From the NCBI GenBank assembly GCA_963823915.1, contig CAWGNJ010000004.1:6915-70914 (forward strand): a DNA stretch of 64,000 bases, given 5' to 3'. Position 1 is the stretch's first letter. Each line of letters begins with the position of its first letter. The DNA comes from an uncultured Actinomycetota bacterium (lineage in GTDB: Bacteria > Actinomycetota > Acidimicrobiia > Spongiisociales > UBA4744). The translations under genes were made by a program, and so were the position numbers. This document shows positions 56,776-64,000 of this stretch, one piece after another. The notes below the pieces were generated by a model that had not been told where the DNA came from, did no database searches, and saw only the letters and a program-made list of their open reading frames with translations.

Positions 56776-58419
56776 CTCCACGACCTGCTGGACCTCATCT
56801 GCCAGGGCCCGACCCTGTTCGAGCAAGCTGGTGGCCGCGGACCACGCGTTACCCGCCCATCTTTCGTCGGCCAGAGAACCCAGGTTGATACGAACGTTGA
56901 GGGCAGCCCCCTCGGCTGCGGCTAGTGCACAAGCGCCGGCCACTCCCGCGTCGGTAACCGCGTTGGGATTGCCGTCCCGGGCGACGGTCAGGGCCAGTTG
57001 CAGGGCTTCGACGGAGCGTTCCAGGACCTCGAGCGGAACCCGGGTGGCCTGCTGGTTGGCCAGTTCCATTGCTTCGGCCCGAGCGATCATTTCCACATCC
57101 GACTTCTTGGGGAGCCGCATGGAGGCCAGCACCTGATTGAAGGCGTCCGTGTCCCGGTCCACGGCATGAAGAAACCAATCTTTGAGGTCTTGGGCTTGCC
57201 GCCCGAGACCCTCCATGGCGTCGCGCGAATCTTCCATGCCTTTCTTGGCGAAAGTCAGGGCCGCGATCATCGAGGACAGACCTGCCGACAACGATCCGCA
57301 CAGCGCAGCCACACTTCCGCCTCCCGGGGCGGGGGAGCCGGTCGCAAGCTCGTCGATGAAGTCGCTCACGGTTCGCGCCACCAGACCGGTCGGAGTTCCC
57401 ACGTACCGGTATTCGATGACCTTGGCTTGCGGGTCGAAGGGTGCCAGATCGTCCAAGCCGAGAGATAGCACCGCCGCGTGGATCCGTTCGGACTCAGGGA
57501 CGCCGGTGGTTGCCCCTTGCCCCGCCAGATAGTGATCGCCTGCCGCCAAAAGCGCCGCCCGGGGGACGAGCCCGACTAATTCGCTGCCCGTGACTCGCAG
57601 ACCGCGCAGGTTGGCCTCCCGGCGAGCCGCGTCAAACACCTGATGGATCGAGGTGACTTTGAAGTTGGTCAGGTTGAAAGAGAGTTGGGCCCGGCCGTAC
57701 TCTTCGATGTACCAACCGACCCCCCGCAACTCCTTGAACTCTCCGGGCTCGCGCAAGGCCGTTCCTTCGGGGTCGCGGAGGATCTGACCGGAATCGTCCC
57801 GGCGGGGACGGCCCGTTTCCCGCAGAACCCCGGCAATTTCGTTGGCCAAGCGCCGGTCGCGGGTATTGAGATTGATGTTGTAGGCGATCAGGAATTCCCG
57901 GGCTCCGATCGCGGTAGCTCCGGTGCGGGCCTTGAACCCGGCGGGTCCAAAATCGGGGGCATCTTCCCGGTCGGCCAAACCTTCGTACTCGCCTCGCCGG
58001 ACGGCGGCCAAGGAGCGACGGTTTTCATTGCGGGCCGCAGCTTCGTAAAGAAACACGGGGATCGCGAGTTCCTCGCCGACCCGCTGCCCGAGCCGCCGGG
58101 CCAGTTCGACGCACTCTTCCATCGTCACATCCTGCAAAGGGACAAACGGGCAAACGTCGGTAGCGCCCATGCGAGGATGCTCACCATGGTGGCTCGTCAT
58201 GTCGATGAGCGTGGCGGCCATCCTCATGGCGCGAAAGGCTGCCTCTTCAACAGCCTCCGGAGTGCCCACGAACGTGACCACGGTGCGATTGGTGGCCGAC
58301 CCCGGGTCGACGTCGAGCAAGACGGCTCCCTCCACGGCCTCGATTTCGCGGGTGATGGCGTCGATGACAGATTGGTCACGACCCTCACTGAAGTTGGGCA
58401 CGCATTCGATCAATCTCAC
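56758..58419 (-). CDS. Bifunctional glutamate formimidoyltransferase / formimidoyl-THF cyclodeaminase (FTCD-like)
   Basis: MRLIECVPNFSEGRDQSVIDAITREI...NRTVVTFVG, plus a C-terminal helical cyclodeaminase-like domain. 553 aa, intact. Confidence 0.85.
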   Translation of the reverse strand: MRLIECVPNFSEGRDQSVIDAITREIEAVEGAVLLDVDPGSATNRTVVTFVGTPEAVEEAAFRAMRMAATLIDMTSHHGEHPRMGATDVCPFVPLQDVTMEECVELARRLGQRVGEELAIPVFLYEAAARNENRRSLAAVRRGEYEGLADREDAPDFGPAGFKARTGATAIGAREFLIAYNINLNTRDRRLANEIAGVLRETGRPRRDDSGQILRDPEGTALREPGEFKELRGVGWYIEEYGRAQLSFNLTNFKVTSIHQVFDAARREANLRGLRVTGSELVGLVPRAALLAAGDHYLAGQGATTGVPESERIHAAVLSLGLDDLAPFDPQAKVIEYRYVGTPTGLVARTVSDFIDELATGSPAPGGGSVAALCGSLSAGLSSMIAALTFAKKGMEDSRDAMEGLGRQAQDLKDWFLHAVDRDTDAFNQVLASMRLPKKSDVEMIARAEAMELANQQATRVPLEVLERSVEALQLALTVARDGNPNAVTDAGVAGACALAAAEGAALNVRINLGSLADERWAGNAWSAATSLLEQGRALADEVQQVVESRLET

Positions 58420-58451
58420 GGGACCTCCGGGTGTGACCGAACGCAGACTAC

Positions 58452-58473
58452 CGGACCGGTTGCGGACCGGTTG
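58452..58473. promoter_or_regulatory. Perfect tandem 11-mer CGGACCGGTTG x2 (each containing the palindrome ACCGGT) in a divergent promoter region
   Basis: Read directly at 58452-58462 and 58463-58473, between the FTCD start (58419, -) and the amidase start (58516, +). Confidence 0.3.
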
Positions 58474-58515
58474 GGGGCCGGAGGCGACCAGAATGGGTGC
58501 GAGCCGGAAGGACCT

Positions 58516-59754
58516 ATGGCCGCCCGCAGACTGGTAATCGCACTCCTCTTTGTGCTGTTTCTACTCGTCCCGATTGCGTGTACGACGGCGACCGAACCCC
58601 CGGGTCCCACCGTCAACCCAATCTCGGTGACTTCCACGGTTCCGCCGCCCACGACCAATCCGCCGACGACCACGACCAGCACCACCCTGCCCCCGGTGCC
58701 GGACGTTCTGCCGGAACCTTTGCCCGATCCGCCGGCTCCCCAACCAGGCCAGGATCCTCCGGCCGGGCAAACCGGCGTTGCGGTGATTGCCGCGGGCGGG
58801 ACCGAGCTGTGGGCCGACCGGTCCGACCAGCCTTTCGTCCGTGCTCACGAGGGGCTGGTGTTTGCCGTGGAAGGTCGCGAGGGCGACTGGTTCTCGTTGC
58901 GGACCATGTGCGATACCCAAGCGTGGGCCAAGGCCGCCGGCCTCGACTTCACTCCCCAGACGGCGCCGATCACGGTGGGCGAGGGAACCAATTTCAGCGA
59001 CACCGTGGTGGTCCTCGATCCCGGACACGGCGGCGCCAATCATGGGGCCCGCGGGTCAACCGGGCTCCGGGAGGAGATAGTGAACCTCGACATCGCCCGC
59101 CGGGCGCGCGATCTCCTCGAGCAGCCCCATACCGTCGACTGGGAAACCGGGATTGTCTATCCAGGTCAGAACATCCCACCGGTAGGCCGGGTGTGGGTCA
59201 CCCGCACCGAGGGGCCGGTCGGGGCCGACTACGAAGCCGGTCTTCTGTTCCGAGCTCAGCTGGCGGGAAGCGCCGGCGCTCATGCCCTCATCTCTATCCA
59301 CAACAATGCTTCTCCCGATGGCCCGTTCGAAGGCCCGGGCAGCGAGATCTTCTACATGTTCAAAGATCCCGATTCGCGCCGGTTGGGAGGCTTGCTCATC
59401 GAAGAGATGCGGAGATCGTTTGCTCAATTCGACATTGCCTGGATGGGTGACAAAGACGCCGGAGCCAAGTACCGGCTCCAGGAAGACGGCGAAACCGACT
59501 ACTACGGCATCCTCCGCAGAGCCCAAGTGCCGTCAGTGATCGCCGAAGGCGGGTTCATCTCGAGCCCGGAGGAGGAAGCCCTGCTCGCCACACCGGAATT
59601 CCGCCAAGCCTACGCAGATGCCATCTATCGGGCCCTGGTTCGTTTTGCCACCACCGACGATCCGGGATCAGGTTTCACCACGCCGTACCTGCGGACCACA
59701 CCGGTCGGCAGTGGAGATGCCCGACCCACCTGCCAGGTGCCTGCTCAACCCTGA
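58516..59754 (+). CDS. N-acetylmuramoyl-L-alanine amidase (Amidase_3) lipoprotein
   Basis: MAARRLVIALLFVLFLLVPIACTT, then a PT-rich linker, then VVLDPGHGGANHGA...ALISIHNNA...GFISSPEEEALL. The ORF-track extension to 57643 is antisense to the FTCD gene. Confidence 0.8.
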   Translation: MAARRLVIALLFVLFLLVPIACTTATEPPGPTVNPISVTSTVPPPTTNPPTTTTSTTLPPVPDVLPEPLPDPPAPQPGQDPPAGQTGVAVIAAGGTELWADRSDQPFVRAHEGLVFAVEGREGDWFSLRTMCDTQAWAKAAGLDFTPQTAPITVGEGTNFSDTVVVLDPGHGGANHGARGSTGLREEIVNLDIARRARDLLEQPHTVDWETGIVYPGQNIPPVGRVWVTRTEGPVGADYEAGLLFRAQLAGSAGAHALISIHNNASPDGPFEGPGSEIFYMFKDPDSRRLGGLLIEEMRRSFAQFDIAWMGDKDAGAKYRLQEDGETDYYGILRRAQVPSVIAEGGFISSPEEEALLATPEFRQAYADAIYRALVRFATTDDPGSGFTTPYLRTTPVGSGDARPTCQVPAQP

Positions 59755-60125
59755 GCCCTGGCCAGGAACCGGAGGCGGTCGACGATAACCCGGGTGTGGG
59801 TCCCCCCGGCGATTATGTCTTCTCCCTCATAGGCCCGTAGGTCGAATTCGACTCGGTTGCCCTCGACCGCCCGGATTTCGGCAACGGCGTTTACTTCAGC
59901 CCCAACCAGCGTCGGGGCGGTGTGATCCACGGAAACATTGATGCCGACACTCGTCAGGGCGGCCGGGAGCCCCTCCAGAGCATTGACTGCGGCTGCTTCC
60001 AACCAGGCGACGACCCGAGGAGTGGCTAGCACGGGGACATCGCCGCTGCCCAATCGGATGGCTGTGTCGTCTTCGGTCACCTGAGCCGCATAGGTGCCGC
60101 GGGTTCCCGTCCTGGCTGTGCTCAT
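59745..60125 (-). CDS. Hotdog-fold thioesterase (fluoroacetyl-CoA-thioesterase-like family)
   Basis: 126 aa: VPVLATPRVVAWLEAAAVNAL...SVGINVSVDHTAPTLVGAEVNAVAEIRAVEGNRVEF. Confidence 0.65.
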   Translation of the reverse strand: MSTARTGTRGTYAAQVTEDDTAIRLGSGDVPVLATPRVVAWLEAAAVNALEGLPAALTSVGINVSVDHTAPTLVGAEVNAVAEIRAVEGNRVEFDLRAYEGEDIIAGGTHTRVIVDRLRFLARAQG

Positions 60126-60129
60126 TGCC

Positions 60130-60521
60130 TCAGATCACCCGGCCCTGTTCGAAAAAAGTCTGCAACGGTTCGCGTCCCGCCACTACGTGGGTGGTGAGGT
60201 GTTCCCATTCCCCGTATCGCTCCTCGCATCGGGAGCTGCAAAAACTCGAGCGGGGCTTGGGGTACCTCCGTCCCACAAACAGCGATGGTGAAGACGTTTG
60301 AGCCAGGCGGGTCGTACAGCGCAATGGGGTGTTCGACGATGAGCTTGGAGACGTCGCGTACCGATCCCGATTCGGGTTGGTCTGCGCAATATCGTGCAAA
60401 GTGGGGTAGTATGCCATAGGTACCTTCGTCCCGCTGCACGTTAACGACGGGATCCGATTGGTCGGGCGCATTGGTCGCCACCAACCGGGCGCCGGACAAT
60501 CCAATGGTGATGATCCGACAT
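60130..60521 (-). CDS. Hypothetical protein of about 130 aa; two frame disruptions
   Basis: ATG 60521 is preceded by AGGTG. The sense pieces are IITIGLSGARLVATNAPDQSDPVVNVQRDEGTYGILPHFARYCADQPESGSVRDVSKLIVEHPIALYDPPGSNVFTIAV and ..EERYGEWEHLTTHVVAGREPLQTFFEQGRVI*. Confidence 0.35.
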
Positions 60522-60530
60522 ACTCGACAC

Positions 60531-62222
60531 CTACTTGATTCGGAAGCCGTCATGTTCGTTGGCCATGAACCCAAGCCGCCACCGTGCCGATGTGGATGTC
60601 TTCTTGAAGGTAGGCCTCCTGGCTGGCCGCGGCCGACCCACGCAGAGCCTTGCCGCCCCGCGCCTCTCGCATGGCCGTGATGCGTTGTTGCCAGACGCCG
60701 AAGTTCTCCGGGCGAAGGTCGATCCAGCCCTTTCGAGCCCACGCGTCGCGACTCCGCGCTGCCCATCGCCACGGTCCGGGCTCCGGCCACTTCGGGGATC
60801 CGCACAAACGGTCCCCGGATCAGGTTCCGGCCGTCGGCCGTGAGGATCGGAAGACCCAGTGAAGTGATGGTGTCGCGCAAAGAGGGGCGGTCCTCGAGAA
60901 CGCTGCTGATCGTCTCGGAGATCTCCGACGGTGCGGAGGCCAGCACCTTGGGGAGGGTTTGATACGCAAGCTTCAGCAGTTCGGCTTCCCACAGCAGCTT
61001 GGAGAGCTCGGGTGGCCCAAGCTGGCCGAGGGCGACGCTGTGGGTTCCCGTCTCGACCTCGAGCCGTTCCAAGTTTTCGACTCGCACCGGAACGGAGGAT
61101 TCCGGCTCGATAGGACGACCCCAGCAGCGACGCGTCGACCGCGGCGATGATGTCCCGACCGGTGTTCCCGCCCGTGATTTCCTGCATGCAGGTGTGGGCG
61201 ACTTCTTCCGGTGTCACGTATTCCATTTGGCCGATCGAGGTTATGGCCTCGAACTCACCTTTGGTGAAGACTCCGTTTTCTCCGGTGTCGACCACCGGTA
61301 GCTGGAGATCGGAGAGGCGCTCGAAGGCAGACGTCGGTACCCGGAGTTCCAAGAGACCATCCAGGGGAACGGTCCGGGCGGCGTAGAGGCGAACGGGTTC
61401 GCCATGCTCGAGGACCGTCCGGTATTCAACAGCCGAGAAACCGATCAATGCGGCGGGTTTCACCTCTTTGACAACCGGTTCGCCGTGCGTACGAGCGAGA
61501 AGGAACAGCAATCCGGTATGGGCGAAGGCGACCGAAGCCTTGGTCATGAGCTGGGCCGAAGGCCGGTCCTCACTATGGGTATAGGGGATGTTGAGGCCCA
61601 TGCCGCCGGTCCCGGTCGTTCCCACCTTCAGGTACAACCGGGTACCAGCCTCGTGCATCGCCCGGCTGAGGATCATCACGTGCCGGATTAGTTGCGGCAC
61701 GGCCTGAGAAAGAATCAGCGCCTCGACATCATGCTGGGTCTTGGCTCGCAACTCCGCCGGATCGGCATCGACCGGTATCTCCGAGATGGTTTGCTTGGCG
61801 ATGAGGGAAGTTGTGTAGACGTTCTGGTAGCTGATAGCCGTAGCGGTGTTGATGCAATCGACGATCACATCCGGGCGATACTGGAGGATGAGGCGAGCCA
61901 GGCTGGATTGTCGGTACGCCTCATCGATCGGTCCGAGAAGGTCGGCAAAGATCCCCTCCCGGGCCTCCGGGTCTTCCAGCAGTTCGTCCCGATGCCGGCG
62001 GGAAAAGGCTTCACGCAGGAAGACATCGCCCCACTCACCGATGATCTCGGTGGGGGAATCCGGGAACACGCTGCGGAGGTCCTCGACCGCCCGATTGGCG
62101 CCCTCCTCGACGAGGTCTCCAATGACCACTCTGGCGGGCTGGAGGTCGCTGATGATTCGGCGTGCGACCTGGGTGCCTACCAGGCCCGCTCCGCCCAACA
62201 GCAGGAAGGTTTCATCTCGCAC
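60531..62222 (-). pseudogene. Rossmann-fold NAD(P)-binding protein of about 580 aa (saccharopine-dehydrogenase-like N-domain); about three frame disruptions in the 3' third
   Basis: MRDETFLLLGGAGLVGTQVARRIISDL... reads sensibly for about 385 aa. It then continues in other frames: VENLERLEVETGTHSVALGQLGPPELSKLLWEAELL..., AWARKGWIDLRPENFGVWQQRITAMREA..., ..FMANEHDGFRIK*. Confidence 0.5.
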
Positions 62223-62298
62223 GTTTTCAACCTACCCGGTCTGGAAGGACACGGCAGGTCGATTGACCGGAACGACTCGGACCCTACAATCCCGTTCC

Positions 62299-63033
62299 AT
62301 GAGTGATGACCCTGCCTACAAAAGCAGTCCTTCGTACACCCAGCACTTGGGGCGGAGCCGTCAATATCTGCGCGACATCATCCTGGGTGTGAACGACGGG
62401 CTCGTCTCGATGTTCCTGCTGGTGGCCGGCGTCGTCGGGGGCGGCATGGCGACCAGGAACGTTCTGCTCACCGGGATTGCCGGCGCCATCGCGGGGGCCG
62501 TCTCGATGGCCGCCGGGGAGTACATCGCTACCAAGTCGCAGGAAGAAGTCTTCGAAGGCGAACTGGCCCTCGAACGGGAACACATTCGTGATTTCCGCGA
62601 AGACGAACTACACGAATTGGGCGACCTTCTCAACGACATAGGTCTCAAAGGTCCTCTTCGCGATGAGGTGGTGTCCCATTTCGGGGCAGATGACGAAGCC
62701 TTGCTGAAGGTGATGACTGCTTTGGAGTTCGGGGTGGTCGAGACCGAGCGGCGATCTCCCTATCTGGCGATGTTCATTTCGGGCGGGCTGTTCTTGTTGG
62801 GAGCCCTGCCCTCCGTGCTCCCGTTTGCATTTGTGACTAGCGCCCCCCAGGGGTTGGTGATTGCCACGATCGGGGCGGTGATTGGTTTGCTGATCGTCGG
62901 CGCCGTCAAGACCTGGGCCACCAGGGGTGATCCGCTCCGGGCCGCTCTCGAGAACCTGCTGGTAGCGGCCGGCGGCGGGGGTCTGGCCTACGGGGTCGGT
63001 TTGCTATTCGATCGTGTGGTCAACGGGGGTTAG
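62299..63033 (+). CDS. VIT1/CCC1-family iron/manganese transporter
   Basis: YLRDIILGVNDGLVSMFLLVAGVVGG...AGAVSMAAGEYIATKSQ...five TM helices. Confidence 0.8.
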   Translation: MSDDPAYKSSPSYTQHLGRSRQYLRDIILGVNDGLVSMFLLVAGVVGGGMATRNVLLTGIAGAIAGAVSMAAGEYIATKSQEEVFEGELALEREHIRDFREDELHELGDLLNDIGLKGPLRDEVVSHFGADDEALLKVMTALEFGVVETERRSPYLAMFISGGLFLLGALPSVLPFAFVTSAPQGLVIATIGAVIGLLIVGAVKTWATRGDPLRAALENLLVAAGGGGLAYGVGLLFDRVVNGG

Positions 63034-63349
63034 TTCGCTCGCTGGCCCGGATCCGGTCCGCCAGACCGAACCTTGGCACCCGGGCGTCGACGAACGCCCC
63101 GGTCGCCTCGGCGAAACCCGTTGGATCTTCCGGGGTGATGATCATCGGGTCACCTTCGACCATCACCCGAAAACGGAAGGGCGTAAGCCTTTCGACCGTC
63201 ACCTCTTCGAGCGGCCACGAACCCAACCGGTTCGGACCGGCCCAGATCCTCAACCGTTCATTCTCGATTTGGATATGGATCGGCAGACCGGAGGCTGGAT
63301 CTCCTTGATTCTGGATACGGGCTTCGAATTCGGCGATATCGTCCCCCAA
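63020..63349 (-). CDS. Small hypothetical protein (about 110 aa)
   Basis: A TTG start preceded by GGATGGAG gives GDDIAEFEARIQNQGDPASGLPIHIQIENERLRIWAGPNRLGSWPLEEVTVERLTPFRFRVMVEGDPMIITPEDP... The upstream part of the ORF-track call looks non-coding. Confidence 0.35.
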   Translation of the reverse strand: MGDDIAEFEARIQNQGDPASGLPIHIQIENERLRIWAGPNRLGSWPLEEVTVERLTPFRFRVMVEGDPMIITPEDPTGFAEATGAFVDARVPRFGLADRIRASERTNPR

Positions 63350-63479
63350 GCCACTCCATCCTAACGGCCTCCGCGACAACTCGGACCGCCGGCTGGCCGC
63401 CTCAACTATTCGGGTTTCAGAATTGCCGGGCGAGCGCCGATACAACGGTGAAGCGCAAGCGTGAAGGAGCCTGACAGTC

Positions 63480-63719
63480 GTGTTCACCTTCCAATGCACC
63501 CGATGCAGGAAGAAGCCGGCGATCATCACCCGGGGACGGCGTGTGTTCCTATGCGCGGATTGCGCCACCGGGTCACTGTGGTACGACATGGTCGGATCCC
63601 TAATGGACCCGGATGCGAACGGCGGGACGCCGACCGACGTATTGTCTCCCACGGTTGATGAGGAAGAACCCGAGGATTTGTCCGAGGGACCGGTCGACCC
63701 TTGGGCGGTCACCGCCTAG
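63480..63719 (+). CDS. Stand-alone ClpX-type C4 zinc-finger protein with an acidic tail
   Basis: FQCTRCRKKPAIITRGRRVFLCADCA (CxxC-x17-CxxC), then a Pro/Asp/Glu-rich tail. Confidence 0.5.
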   Translation: MFTFQCTRCRKKPAIITRGRRVFLCADCATGSLWYDMVGSLMDPDANGGTPTDVLSPTVDEEEPEDLSEGPVDPWAVTA

Positions 63720-63830
63720 TTATCCGGCGTATCGGGTCCGGCGACCCTCTCTCATAGGCCCTAAGTCCCTGCCCGAAGACGACCCGCCGAGGGACAATAT
63801 GAACAAACGGTGCACAGTGATTGGATTGGC

Positions 63831-64000
63831 ATGTTTGAGGTTCTTGAAGCAAGCGATCTGGCTCCCGATGTCAGGTATCTGAGGATCAAAGCGCCCAAAA
63901 TCGCACTGCGGAGAAAACCCGGCCAGTTCGTCATCGTCCGGGCGACGCTCGGACGGAGAGCGGATTCCCCTCACCATCGCCGACGCCGACCCCGAGGAGG
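63831..64000 (+). CDS. N-terminus of a sulfide-dehydrogenase/NfnA-like FAD/NAD-binding oxidoreductase subunit; partial, frameshift near 63940
   Basis: MFEVLEASDLAPDVRYLRIKAPKIALRRKPGQFVIVR continues in another frame as SDGERIPLTIADADPEE, the typical start of this family. It runs off the window. Confidence 0.6.
   Translation, partial: MFEVLEASDLAPDVRYLRIKAPKIALRRKPGQFVIVRATLGRRADSPHHRRRRPRG

Noticed and set aside
57643-58515. N-terminal 290-aa extension of the amidase ORF in the track
   Set aside because: It is antisense to the well-supported FTCD gene. The lipoprotein signal peptide begins at ATG 58516.

Overview
High-GC (roughly 60-65%) chromosomal fragment. The gene content (Asp23/AmaP/DUF2273 operon, DUF3159, ECF sigma/anti-sigma pairs, many lipoproteins with Pro/Thr-rich linkers, Zn-ribbon-anchored membrane proteins) looks actinobacterial, possibly Acidimicrobiia-like; that placement is inference only. 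I can support about 65 protein genes. I found no rRNA, canonical tRNA, CRISPR array, transposase or integrase. Points that stand out: (1) At 49072-50496 there is a secreted, C-terminally anchored protein made almost entirely of ten tandem 30-aa units, carrying 22 CxxCH heme-binding motifs in total. (2) Four copies of a tRNA-minihelix-like RNA module share the core CCUCCG(ACAC). They lie in three intergenic gaps (about 10.5-10.76 kb, 18.3 kb and 24.0 kb), each upstream of a U-rich tract on the + strand (hairpin terminators at the first two). These gaps bracket a 13-kb block that encodes only secreted or membrane accessory proteins. That block includes a roughly 1170-aa multidomain protein with a Pol-beta nucleotidyltransferase-like motif, translationally coupled to a TPR/double-Zn-ribbon/SH3-like protein, and an HEFGHH metalloprotease. 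(3) A conserved but functionally unexplained triad is present: a GshB-like ATP-grasp ligase, an N-formylglutamate amidohydrolase and a QEGLA-motif metallopeptidase-like protein. (4) About 35 apparent single-nucleotide frameshifts are spread over about 17 genes. These are either consensus indel errors or gene decay, and the sequence alone cannot tell which. All coordinates for frameshifted genes are approximate reconstructions made by eye from the six-frame track.
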